Origin: Octopus vulgaris | Taxonomy: Eukaryota | Assembly (NCBI GenBank): GCA_951406725.2 | Contig: OX597819.1 | Span: 123,628,001 to 123,692,000, forward strand | Direction of reading: 5' to 3' | DNA length: 64,000 nucleotides | Shown here: positions 28,818-42,154 of the stretch, one piece after another | How the letters are laid out: the number at the start of each line of letters is the position of its first letter | How positions within the stretch are numbered: position 1 is the stretch's first letter | Program-made: the position numbers and the translations under genes | The notes under the pieces: generated by a model | Told to the model about the DNA's origin: nothing | The model's input: the letters and a program-made list of their open reading frames with translations, nothing else | Database searches by the model: none

Positions 28818-31150
28818 TCTAGTTTCAGCTCAGAGCTGCGGCCATGCTGATGCACCGCCGTTTTGTGCCACATTGTTATCACGACGAACCTCGTCTAATA
28901 TGTGGCACTTGTTGGAGAATGGAGTTTGATATAGCCACTCTCATTTGCACCTCTTGCCGTGAGGTAGGTTCATCTGGGACTCTCGACAGGAAGATGTCCA
29001 GCTTTGATTTAAAAACCTCTACATCTACTTTGTGCAAGTTCCTCAGACTCTTTGGGAGAATATTAAAAAGCTGTGGGCCCTTGAAACCCAGGCTGTTGCA
29101 GAAGCTGGTCCTGAAGCGTGATGGCATTGCTGGGATCTTTGGCACTATGCAGTGTCGTCCCATTCTAGCATTGTTGTAGCTTACAATGCCAAAATTTGGC
29201 ACAATTCCTTCCAGGATCTTCCAGACATATATTACTGCATGCCTCTCCCGTCTTCTCTCCAGGGAGTAGAGTCTTAGCTGTTTCGATCTTTCCCAGTAGC
29301 TTAGCTGTTGCAAAGAGACGATCTTCTTTGTGAATCTTCTCTGGATTGCTTCAAGGTCCGCTGTTAATTTTACACTGGTGGGTGACCATAGCTGTGAGCA
29401 GTAATCCAGGCGGCTGAGAACGAATGTCCGCCAGAGGACCATCATGATTTCCTTATCTCTGGTTCTGAATGTTCTTAGGATCCACCCAGCCAGTCGTCTG
29501 CACTTTGTCACCATCCTGGTAATGTGCACTTGGAAAGAGGTATCATCACTCATGTCGATACCCAGGTCCTTCACAGACTTAAGCTCTGGGATTGAAATTC
29601 CCTGTGGACCGGTGTATCCTGTAAGTTTAATATTCAGTTTTGGATGCTGGTAGCGCAGGACCTGGAATTTTTCAGCATTAAACTGCATATTATTATCCTC
29701 AGCCCATCTGTAGATTGAGTCCAACTCCTGCTGCAAGTGTGCAACATCGCTGGGGTTCTGTATTTAATGTTTTTTCTAACCCAGGCTTCTTCGTCTGCTT
29801 TCTCCTTCACATAGGATTGTTGCAGCCTTTTTTCGATCTCCATCAGTGTTGTTTTTAGGCGGGACGTTTCGCTACTTTTGGGATGTTGGTTGAGAGGATT
29901 TGCAACCTTCGTCCATCGTCTCATGAGGATCTTCCTGTCTCTTGGAATCTTGCTCCTATTTGTTTTGGCCTTGTGCTCTGGGACATATTTCTGGCATACG
30001 GCTTGCACAGAAGACATGAAACATTCTAGTTTCATGTCAATGTCTGGTGTGGAGAGACATTCCGGCCAGTCCTCTCTGAGGATCTCTTTTGGGATCGATT
30101 TCCAATCTGCTTTGTGGAAGTTCAGATTGGAGAGATTTCGGGTGCTTCCTTTAGGCTGTATGTCTCTGGTTGCTTTTGAACCAAACATAGACAGCTCCAT
30201 CATGTTGTGATCCGAATCTGATGTCAGTGTCACTTTCACATCATGAATGATGTCCATATTGTTCGTGAAGCAGAGATCCAGAATGTTATTCGCCCTAGTT
30301 GGCTTGAGTACAATTTGCTCCATGAATAAGGCGTTGGTGAGGTTGAGAAGGGACTCCACCTGTACTTGCTTGTAATGATTCATTCCTGAGAGTATGAGTC
30401 TTTCAGGCCATTTGACGTTGGGGAAGTTGAAATCACCCATAAGAAATATGGTCACGTGGTGTTCCAGATTTATGAGGATTTCTTTAATTCTTGTGAGGCA
30501 ATGTTCAAACTTGCCTATGTGATTTGAGGCATCCGGTGGGCAATATGTATTGCATATGACTATATTATGTTGTCTTATGTATACAATTAAAGTGTCACAT
30601 ACCGAATTTGAGTATGTCATTAAGACCTGGTGGTGAGGTCATCTCGGATGTATACAGCAACTCCACCATGGCTCCTTTCCCTTCTGTCTGTTCGCAGTAT
30701 GGCATAGTTTGGTATGTGTACATTTGCGTACTCTATATCAGGGTTGAGGTGAGTTTCCACGAGTACTATGCATAGGGCTTGATTGCTTGCAGTAAGATCT
30801 TTCAGGAAAGAAATTTTGTTTCTATTTTGATGCAACAGGCCCCCAATATTTAGTAAAAGTATTGGGGTGACGGCTGTGCAGGCGTTAGGGAGGCCATCCC
30901 GTGTTTGTTGACTGTGGTGGTCTTGCATAGTGGTGGGCAGGGTTCCTTCTCTGTGCTTGGTGTAGCCAGGTTAGCTGCCGGACAATTCTTTGCGCTATGC
31001 ATAAAAAAGACTCTTGCTCAGCTGCTGCGTTGCGCAGAACATCTGAGGAGCGCACTTCGTTTTTGAAAGTTTTCCTGGGAGACATTTCTTGTGTTCCCTC
31101 GGTAAAGCTTTTCTCTTTGAGTCCCCTGAAGTTCTGGCGGGGTGTCGGGT
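28818..31150 (-). pseudogene. CR1/Jockey-group LINE (duplicate of 8615-10968) with RT core deleted and intact 3' end
   Basis: APE motifs in 29634-30928; C-terminal KDLGI, SRLDYCSQLWSP, LEAIQRRFT, LYSLERRRER, GPQLFNILP; 3' end gctgaaactag(A)n. Confidence 0.9.
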
Positions 31151-31292
31151 TTGCGAACCGGCAGTTTATATATATATATCACCGTCACCGTGACCAACCA
31201 GGCTGTCAGATGTTGCTAAACATCGCTGGTCACAATGCGCTTCGCATTGTTTTAGCCTTCAAATGACGCCACCCCGCTAGCTAAGCGGGCAG

Positions 31293-31339
<47 letters not shown>

Positions 31340-31341
<2 letters not shown>

Positions 31342-32782
31342 AGAGGAATGAAGATAAGGTGCAAGTCTTTACAAAAATGAAGATATTAGGATGGTCAATA
31401 ATGTACAGGGAAAGTGTCTTGTGAAGGAGCCCAATGAAACAGATATGCGTACAATTTCTTGTACGTGGTAGGGACATTATTATACAGACTAAGCTAATAG
31501 TTCTAGATAGGTTTATAGGGAAGTTGCTGTGCTTTTCATGTTTTCAGCCATTTAGTTTGGGGGAGAACTTTGTTATGAAATATTGTTCCATATTTTTTCT
31601 GAAGAAGGTGTCATTCCTTGGCTATTTATAGAAGGGAAAGATCTTAAATTTTCCTTCTCCACATATTTCTAAGTGTTTACTCAGTGGAATCTTTCGCAGT
31701 TCCTCCTGTCGGACATGTTGTCGGTGAATTCTGGCTCGTTGGCATAAAGAATTTCCAGTTTCACCTATATAATTCTCCTTGCACGAGGGGCAGGTTATGC
31801 CGTATATTACGTTCTGTGTCTTGCAGTTCATATCTGCATTTACTTTGAATATGTGACCACTCTTAAATTTCATTTGTTTGTCTCCCTCTATATATCTGTA
31901 GGTGGGGTTACTGCAGATCCCACATCTATCATCTCCGCACTCTTTTACAAAGAATTCGGTTTTAGTTTCTGATGAGAATTTCGCTTTTGTTAGTTGTTTC
32001 TTCAGGTTTTTCTCTTATCGTTTACTCTTTTTTATGCAATATTTGTTTAATAGGTTTCTCATTTTGGGGCTTTGTATGACTACGAGTAAGTTTCAATATA
32101 TAATTTGAAACATGTTGGTAACTCCAGGGTTGTGTGTGTTTATGAAAGGGATCAAGTTTCCTTTGCTTTTCTTTTTTGTAGTTCTGAGTTGTGTAATGTC
32201 CAGTTTCATTGCTCTTGAGGTTCCGTTTTTTATTAATTTGAGTGGGTATTTCTGTTCTAGTCGGAAATTTTTAAGTTCATTTTGTCCTATTTGGCGTGTT
32301 TGTGACTCGGTCACTATGTTGCATATGCATCTCGCCATACTATATGAAATGTATCTTTTTATGTGGGATGGGTGGCAGGAGTAGAAATTTAAATATTGGG
32401 GTGTGTCGGTTTTCTTATAGTAGATATCTGTTGTGACGATGGAGTTTTGTTTCTTAATGTTGATGTCTAGGAAGGGAAGTTCGTTATAGCTGGTATCTAT
32501 CGTGAAGTTGATAGATGGGTGCAGTGTGTTGAGGATGTTGTGGAGGAATGTTCTTAGATTTTCTTTTAATCTGTTCCCTATTTCATCGTATAGTTTGTTC
32601 TCAAGGAAACCGATCACCAAGTTGGCATATGAAGGTGCAAATTTCGTACCCATAGCCGTGCCCTTAATCTGTCGGTATATCTCGTTGTTAAATGAGAATG
32701 TGTTTTCTTCAAGTATTAATTAGGTGGCTTTGGTGATAAAGTCTGTTTTGAAACGTTTATCTATGAATTACCTGTATTTTCT
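31340..32782 (-). pseudogene. Penelope-like element fragment (duplicate of 7562-8619) with complete GIY-YIG
   Basis: NVIYGITCPSCKENYIGETGNSLCQRARIHRQH...PLSKHLEICG..FKIFPFYK. Confidence 0.85.
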
Positions 32783-32799
32783 ACACTTTGTTTTATCGC

Positions 32800-32866
<67 letters not shown>

Positions 32867-32899
32867 TTTTATATCCTTTTTTATTTTTCAAAATTAAGA

Positions 32900-33290
32900 T
32901 AAAAAAGTTATTTTTTAATCTAAAATGCACTCCCCTTCATTTTCTACAATGCTTCTCCTTCTATGTGATAGACTTGTAGGGACCCTCTTCTAAAATTCAT
33001 TTCTCCGAGTCGAGAAATACTGTTTCAGTACTGTTCTGACTTCGTCTACGGAATTCATATATTTTTCCGTCCAAATCATTTTGAAAACTGCGGGATAAAT
33101 GATAATCATATGGTGCAATTTCTGAGGAATATGGTGAGCGGGGCATTGTTACCCATGCAAACTGCTCCAGGTTTTCGAATGTCATCTTTGCTGTATGTGG
33201 CTGAACATTTTTCTGATGGAAAAACACCTTTCGCCTTGAATCAAATCCCAATTTTTTTCATGGTTCGTGGGACAAACTGTTTTTCGAAGC
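32900..33290 (-). pseudogene. mariner transposase remnant
   Basis: HQKNVQPH...WVTMPRSPYSSEIAPYDYHLSRSFQN resembles the mariner HDNA.PH and YSPDLAPSDYHLFRSL motifs. Confidence 0.7.
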
Positions 33291-33469
33291 CTCATATTGT
33301 CGTGGATTGCTCGAAATGTGGAGTAGATGAACAGCCGACAACTGATGAAGGATGGTTCTCTAAGTTACTTGTCACCTTTTCCATTTGTTCCTCTCCTTGT
33401 TCACATAACCAAGTTTGCCTTCGTATCTCATGTTGCTTACGTTTTGTGACGCCCTGTGCCCATATATGC

Positions 33470-33556
<87 letters not shown>

Positions 33557-35802
33557 TATGTTTGTATCTGCGTGAGTGTGTGCATGACTCTGATTGTGCG
33601 TGTGTGCATGTGGCGGTGCATCTAATTTGAATGACTTTGAAAACGCTGTGTAAATGCAAAACAGATTGCTGGTCGCGACATCTGCATTCTGAAACAAGAG
33701 ATGTGAATAATGACAGAAACTACGTCAGGTGTTGCCTCTTAATCTTGGCACACATTTCAACTACCTCATTACATATTAGCTTCAGTTACTTTATTGTTGC
33801 CATAAATATTTAACAATATTAAAAATCGAATTTTTCATTTAACATTGTTTCAATGGCGGATAGTAAAACCGCAGGAGGTCTGCCACAAAATGTTGTTTTG
33901 TGCAAACTGCAAAATAAATAGATAAGTAAATAAATAACAAATAAAGCGACATTTTATTTAGATTTGAACAGCGGAGACAAGAATTATCACATAACATTCT
34001 TTCATCCTCGAATGGACAAGCTACAGCATTCTTCATGTATAATATGGTCTGACGCACAAACTGTTTCCAAAAATAATAAATCGGCTTTGGGGATGAGGAT
34101 ATTTATCATCATATATATATATAGACAGGTTAATTGAGATCGAGGTTAAAATAACCGTCTAAGGGACACAAGTATCCATTACATTACCGGTAGATTTCCG
34201 ATATTTACATATGCAAACATATTATGTTCAGATATCATACGTAAAGACAAGGATAAACACGGGTTTATCAAGAATCAAAATTTAAAAAAAAAACAGAAAA
34301 GGAGACAATTAACAACAATTGACTTACATCAGTTATTATTTATTAATTCAATGCAAATAGACTTCATCTCATCTAACAGCTGTTTCTGTTTCCAATGTTA
34401 CATGGTATTGCCACTGATACTCAAAATATGTAAAAATATTAATCATAGTTTTTAATAAAACCGATCTGAAACAGGGAGTTTCATTAGAGTGAGGAATAAA
34501 TAGAGAACAAGAGCATAAGGAACAAAAAGGGTGAAGTTGAATATGGTTGTAATCATACCTATTTCTTTACTACCCACAAGGGGCTAAACACAGAGGAGAC
34601 AAACAAGGACAGACAAACGGATTAAGTCGATTACATCAACCCCAGTGCGTAACTGGTACTTAATTTATCGACCCCGAAAGGATGAAAGGCAAAGTTGACT
34701 TTGGCGGAATTTGAACTCAGAACGTAACGGCAGACGAAATACGGCTATGCATTTCGCCCGGGGTGCTAACGCTTCTACCAGCTCGCCGCCTATGGTTGTA
34801 ATCATACCATTTTACTTAAGTGTCTCTTTGGACCGTTAAGTTAAAGACTTAAACAAAATGGCAATTGGTGGATTAATCCTTTGTACTAGGTGAGGGTAAG
34901 ATGAAAAAATAATAGTGGGATACGCCAATAGGTATTAGTCGGAGATACAGTAAGTTTTTATATCAGACATAATAATTTATAATAGTTGTGTTTGTAATAT
35001 TAATTAATAGTATTAATCATAATAAAGTGCTAATTGGTTAAATGCAATTTATTTATTTACTAGGGTGTGAAGGCGCATGGCCCAGTGGTTAGAGCGTCGA
35101 GCTTACAATCGTGAGGTTGTGAGCTCGAATCCCGGACCGGGCTGCGTGGTGTGTCCTTGAGCAAGACACTTTATTTCATGTTGTTCCAGTTCACTCAGCT
35201 GTAGAAACGAGTTGAGACGTCACGGGTGCCAAGCTGTATCGGTCCCTTTGCCCTTCCCCTGGATAACACTGGTGGCGTGGAGAGGGGAGGCCGGTATGCA
35301 TGGGCGACTGCTAGTCTTCCATAGACAACCTTGCCCGGACTTCTGCCTGGGAGGGTAACTTTCTAGGTGCAATCCCATGGTCTGTGTCGTGACCGAAGAG
35401 GTTCTCTGTAGGTAGTTAATCCCTTTCACATGTTGTCTGAAGTGAGATAGGCCAAGGTCCAACGTTCGATGTAATTGGTCAGTCGAAATTTAAGATCAAA
35501 AGATCAGCTATTGAGACTGTTATACGGGGTAAGATAAATAAATAAATAAATACGATGTTGTTTCTTGTAAAGGGCCCTAAAAGGCTTTGTGTACTAATAC
35601 TACTCTTTTACTTGTTTCAGGCATTTGACTGTGGCCATGCTGGAGCACCGCCTTTAGTCGAGCAAATCAACCCCAGGACTTATTCTTTGTAAGACTAGTA
35701 CTTATTCTATCGGTCTCTTATGGCGAACCGCTAAGTTACAGTGACGTAAACACACCAGCATCAGTTTTGAAGCGATGTTGGGAGCACAAACACACAAACA
35801 TA

Positions 35803-35886
<84 letters not shown>

Positions 35887-35992
35887 TATATACACATATA
35901 TATCTTATATTAAACTTTTAATACTTTTTGATAGTTTAAAATTGAAAATAAAATAATAATAAATAAATAAATAAATAAAATAATAATAATAA

Positions 35993-36044
<52 letters not shown>

Positions 36045-37516
36045 AAATTTATAAGTTTAATTTATCAATTTAAATAATTTTTTTAAAATTTTAACTTTAA
36101 TTTAAATATTTGGATTGGATTTTTATATATGTTATATTTTATATTTTTTATAATTTTTAATTAATTTTATTTCTATGTATTGGCTTATGATTTTCACTGT
36201 TTGATTTGCCTAATAGTTTTATCTCTAATTTAAAATTATATATATATATATATATATGCATATATACGACGGGCTTCTTTCAGTTTCCGTCTACCAAATG
36301 AAACTCACAAGGCTTTGGTCGGCCCAAGGCTAGGCTATAGTAGAAGACACTTGGCCAAGGTGCCACGCATTGGGACTGAACCCGGAGCCATGTGGTTCGT
36401 AAGCAAGCTACTTACCACACAGCCACTCCTATGCTTATTAAACAAATAACATTATGGAATAAATGTTAAGAGAGGAACTTATTCGGACACTTAGGGAATA
36501 AGACGGTTCGGATTGTAAAATGTCCAACAGTTTGTTAATATGAATACGAAATTAGTAAAAACATTGAATCGAATTAACACCGTAGGAAAGTTATCGAAAT
36601 ATATCTGGTTAAGTGGAGGTAATAACTAGGGAAAATGGCCATAATTAGTGACTGCTAATTTTGCAGCTAGTTGATTAAATGATCTTAAATTCAATCAGCC
36701 TAGTGGTCAAGTAAATAAGTAGAAGTAGATATCGTTAATTAAATTAATGATTACAACTTATAGTTAAAATTTAAGATTGAAAATTAAAATACTTGCAGAT
36801 TGTTTTTATAGATGTAAGCTCTTACGTCATGTCTTCATACACACAAAAAGGAAAATTCAACATACATATAAATGCACACACATATATGGGTATTCACATA
36901 TGCCAGTTTTAAGAAATAATCCCCCATGCAACTATTAATACATATAATCACAATAATAACGATATTAATAGCGGTAGATAAGTACTGGCTCCAAAACAAT
37001 GATCAAGCAAATACATAACTAAATATATAACTTAATATTTCTACATATTTTGAATATCAATGGCAATACCATATAACATTGGAAGCAGAAACAGCTGTTA
37101 CATGAGATGCAGTCTGTTTGCATTGAATAAATAAATAATCATTGATGTAAGTCAATTGTTGTTAATCAGTACTTCTCCATTTTCTGTTTTCTTCAAATTT
37201 TGCATACATACATACATACATGCATACATACATACATACATACATGCATACGTACATACATACATACATGCATACATACATACATACATATATATATATG
37301 TATGTATATATAGTTGAAATTTACAGAAAAGAGAAGACGAGGACGGGTGTAGGAACGACAAGCAGGCGTATTAGTTTTACCGCTCGGGAAGAATGGAAAT
37401 GGAACTGACACTCTTCTACAGAAAGGATTAAAAGGAAAAACAAAATCGGAGAGAGAGAAAGTGAGCAGAGTCCAATGCTCTAACATGAAGACAACAACAA
37501 CAACAACAACAACAAC

Positions 37517-37584
<68 letters not shown>

Positions 37585-37921
37585 GTTGGGGAGCATCATA
37601 GCCATGTGTTGAGAGGGATTCTTTGGGGTTTGAATAATTCACCTCTGGAAACATGGGTGGTTCTTTCAACATCCTTAAACAACCCTTATTCAGGGACCGT
37701 TTGAGCGGGATAGGCTACTCAACCTGAAGAAAATTCTTACCGGGCCCCACCTGCAAGGTCATGTGCTGTTTATCTTGATATGAGATCACCATGCCGCGCA
37801 CATTTGGTTGTGATTCATGTGCCTAGTGTACCCTTATCAGACGGGTAGTCATGATGGGTATATTGGGCTTCGTATATTTTACCCCAGTGTCACTTTGATG
37901 GCATGAACTGCTCTCTCACTC

Positions 37922-37987
<66 letters not shown>

Positions 37988-37995
37988 TAATAAAG

Positions 37996-38940
37996 ATAAG
38001 AATTTTTACAGGAAGATAGGAAAAACAGCGTTTACAGTAAGGTCTGTACCATCAAAAGAAGAAGTGCAGGGATTTTGGAATAAAATTTAAGCAGAAGAAA
38101 AAACACACAACGAAAAGGCCCCCTGGATTGACAGAATATCTACAGAACTGGACTCCTTAGAAGAGCAAAAGTGGGAGGGTGTCAAGGCAGAAGATATAAG
38201 ATCTGTTTTCAGGAGGTCAAGCAAATGGAAGTCTCTAGGAAAGGATAAAATTCCTAACTTCTGACTGAATGCTTTCCCAGAGAGCCATGAACTGCTAACA
38301 GAACTGTACAATGATGTTTTGCAACACCCTAGTAGGATGCCTCCTTAGATAGTTAATGGGTTAACATTTCTGCTTCCAAAAAGTGAAGAAACAAATGAAC
38401 CAAAAACCTATAGACCCATAACCTGCTTATGTATAAAATGCTAACATCTGTCCTGACGGAATATACTTATAGTTTTTTAACAGACAGCAGCATATTCCCT
38501 AATGGACAGAAAGGATGTAAACGTGGATCCTACGGCTGTAAAGATCAACTACTCATCAATAAGATGATCTTAGAAGATTGTCACAAACGACACAAAAACT
38601 TATCAATAGCCTGGATAGTCTATAAAAAGGCTTTTGATAGCCTACCACACAGCTGGATTAGGAAATGCCTGGAAATGTATAAGAGAGCACCTGCTCTGCG
38701 AAACTTTTCGACTGTAGGTATGAGATCATGGAGAACCACACTAACTGTGAACAGTGACAACGAATCTCTAAATGCTGGTGATGTAAAAATTTCATGTGGC
38801 ATTTTCCAGGGTGACTCACTATCACCACTCCTCTTCTGTTTAGCCTTAATACCTCTCTCAAAACTGCTCAATGACGCGCAGTGCGGGTATAAAATGTTTG
38901 ATAAAAATGTAAATCATCTCATTTACATGGATGATTTAAA
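37996..38940 (+). pseudogene. R4/Dong-like RT fragment (duplicate of 1632-2580), cut just after YMDDL
   Basis: QKGCKRGSYGCKDQLL, KKAFDSLPHSWI, GIFQGDSLSPLLF, YMDDL. Confidence 0.85.
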
Positions 38941-39420
38941 TGCATATACATAACAAGCCCCAAAATAGCAGATTATACATACCCTTATCAATAATTATAC
39001 CTAGTTGTGTACGACCTCTCGCTACATAACAATATTTTTTAACACAACGTTTACGGTAGACTCCAATCCATCCTTTGCCATGGGACATGCAATTTCCTCT
39101 GAGGTCATTACAATCTGAAAAGATAACGAAACTGAGTGAGATAGAATGGGTGACAGGATATATATTTACCAACTACTTAGACATAATAATTTACCCAACA
39201 TTCTGATTCTCACAAATAGTTGAAAGCATATGTATAATGCTTCTTAATATTCCTCTAATTCGTTTACTTTTAATTTAATATGGCGACTCAAACAAAACGT
39301 GAACAAATTGTAGTATTGAAAATGGCTGGTATAAAGAATTCTGAGATGATAAAATAGTTCAGTGAAGATTAAAGATTATGAAAAATGGCCGGTCGTCTTG
39401 AATTGTAAATATATATAAAA

Positions 39421-39793
39421 CTAGCAGCATCGCCCGGCGTTGCTCGGGTTTGTAAGGGAAATAACTATATAAGCATTTTTAGAGAGTTATAGCCAAAAAA
39501 TTGCAAAAAAATGCATTAAAAATGGAAAAAAATTATAGTAATTTTTTTTTTAAATCGTTGACTCATCGTAAACATTTTTAGAGAGTTACTTCCCTTATAT
39601 AATATCGAAAAATGCATTAAAATGGAAAAAATCGTAGACTCATCGTAGACGCGCGCTAATACCCAGAATGGCTCGATATGAATCACGACTATAAGATACC
39701 CGCTTTTGGTTAAACGGCACCGCAAAATGTGGGAGTAGTTAGGAATCTAAATCGTAGGAGACAGACACACAACCTTACTTTTATATATAAAGA
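39421..39793 (-). mobile_element. Non-autonomous Helitron
   Basis: Minus strand reads A|TC...cccgagcaacgccggg hairpin...CTAG|T, with no TSD. Confidence 0.8.
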
Positions 39794-40641
39794 TATTATC
39801 AAAAAATACAACAACCAACTTCTAAACTTTCATTAACCAAAGCCTAAAAGTGTTTTGTTTTTAAATTTTCGATAAAATGCATAATGGGTAGATATACTGC
39901 CCTCGGTATATCACTTACTTTCTACCAACTGTTTTTCGCCGCTTATAAATCTCTGTTTCGTGGAAGCGCAATGGCTCAGTGGTTAGGGTAGTGAACTCGC
40001 AGTCGAAGGATTGTAGTTTCGATTCCCAAACCGGGCATTGTTAAGTGAAAATACCTAAAGCTCCACGCGGCTCCGCGAGGAGAGGGGGGGGTGAACCCTA
40101 CTGCACTCTTTCACCACAACTTTCTCTCACTCTTTCTTCCTGTTTCCGTTGTACCTGTATTTCAAACGGCCAGCCTTGTCACGCACTGTTTCACGCTGAA
40201 TCTCCCCGAGAACTACGTTAAGGGTACACGTGCCTGTGGAGTACTCTGCCATTTGCACGTTAATTTCCCGAGCAGGCTGTTCCGTTGATCGGATCTCAGT
40301 CCTATTCACCTGTTTATTTCTTTTTACTTACTCGTCTTTCTTGTTTTATTATTCTTCCTGTTCTCTTAATTGTTTTTTGTTGTTGTTGTTTTTTGCATCA
40401 TTCTTGTTCTTTCATTTAAGTCCAATTAGCTTATGTTACTGACACCACTAAATTTTACAATATTTATCGTCAGGTGTCAACATTGAGGTAACATTTTATC
40501 GACAACTGATGAGGTGGGTGAGTATGTCTATGTCCATTGTGTATTTTTTCCAGTTTCATATTTACCTGTGCTGTCCCTCTGTGCTTCGTTTTATTACAAA
40601 CACACACGTACTCACACACACTCGCGCCCGTGCACGCACAC

Positions 40642-40672
<31 letters not shown>

Positions 40673-41231
40673 TGTATGTATGTATGTATGTATGTAGGTA
40701 GATAGGTAGGTAGGTAGGTAGGTAGGTAGGTAGGTAGGTAGGTAGGTAGGTAGGTAGGTAGGTAGGTAGGTAGGTAGGTAGGTAGGTAGGTAGGTAGGTA
40801 GGTAGGTAGGTAGGTTGGTGGGTAAATAGGTATGCGTGTGTATTTGTATATATAAGTATATGTGCAACGGTTAAGAATGTCATCGATATATTATAGCATG
40901 GTGGAGATATTGAAGTTTAGAGAAAAGGCTGCACAAAGAAATGACACATTGACAAATTTATTGAGCCGTTACGAAGTTTCCCAGCTGCGAAAAGTTGGAG
41001 TCAGTTTCAATAGAGAAACTTATGTTTAAGCTTTTTAATGTCTGTTATTTATTAAGTCGCATGAGAGGAGAAATTTAAGTCTAAGAAGCTCGTCAAAGCA
41101 ATTTGCCAGTGTGTGTGTGTGTGCGTGTAAAAGTTAAGTCTCTGAGTGTCAAGATGGCAGACGTCGACAGTCTGCTATTGGCTGAAGAAAAGGGAAAACA
41201 AAAATTTAGAAGGATCTCAATATATAATTGA

Positions 41232-42154
41232 CTAGCAGTATCGCCCGGCGTTGCTCGGGTTTGTAAGGGAAATAACTATAAAGCATTTTTAGAGAGTTAT
41301 AGCCAAAAAACAGCAAAAAATGCATTAAAAATGGAAAAAAAATGATGGTAATTTTTTTTAAATCGTTGACTCATCGTAGACATTTTTAGAGAGTTACTTC
41401 CCTTTATTTAAAAAATATGCTTTAAAATGGAAAAAAAATTATGGTAAATGATTTTTAAAATCGTAGACTCATCGTAGACGCGCGCTAATACCCAGAAGGG
41501 CTCGATATGAATCACGACTATAAGATACCTGCTTTTGGTTACACTGCACCGCAAAATGTGGGAGTAGTTAGGAATCTAAATCGTAGGAGACAGACACTCA
41601 CACAATTTCACTTTTATATATAATTGATTTAGTGTTGAAGTAGTTGCATGGGTTTGTAAGGGAAAGTGAATCTTGATTGGACAACGGAAGGCATTTTTTA
41701 GAGAGTTACTTCCCTTATAGATGCCAATTCGGGCTTTCTTAGCCATTTCTGTTTTGGTGTCTTCAAGCCATGAAGTCGTTGTTCTAAAAGAACGCTGGTC
41801 TCCTTGACAACGCTTTACGACGTTGATTTCCTTACACTCCCTTCCCCACAGCTTCACGAGGGAGGGAAGAAGGGGGAGAAGCAAACAGGTGCAGGTGTGA
41901 CCATGGACGCCAACTCCGCCGCCATCGACACACGAAAAATTATGCATTAAGATGGAATAAAAAATGATGTTAAATTATTTTTAAAATCGTAGACTCATCG
42001 TAGACGTGCGCTAATACTCAGACGGGCTCGATATTAATCACGACTATAAGATACCCGAATTTGGTTAAACTGCACCGCAAAATGTGGGAGTAGTTAGGAA
42101 TCTAAATCGAAGGGGACAGACACTCACACAACTACAGTTTTATATATATATAGA
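41232..42154 (-). mobile_element. Helitron, same family, two tandem units
   Basis: Same 3' hairpin + CTAG|T and 5' TC; gacgcgcgctaatacccag block repeated at ~41478 and ~42003. Confidence 0.75.

Larger units (their letters stand above)
29690..38940 (-). repeat. Right arm of ~9.3-kb inverted segmental duplication
   Basis: Same order of Dong fragment, SINEs, unique spacer DNA, PLE and LINE as the left arm, on the opposite strand. Confidence 0.95.

Noticed and set aside
35067-35145. tRNA-like sequences (also at 39960, 49410, 49504)
   Set aside because: They run into SINE bodies or tails and have imperfect stems; these are SINE heads, not tRNA genes
35900-36240. Extremely AT-rich insert in the right-arm SINE
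   Set aside because: Looks like a noisy or decayed copy of the 13293-13485 pLTR, possibly low-quality consensus
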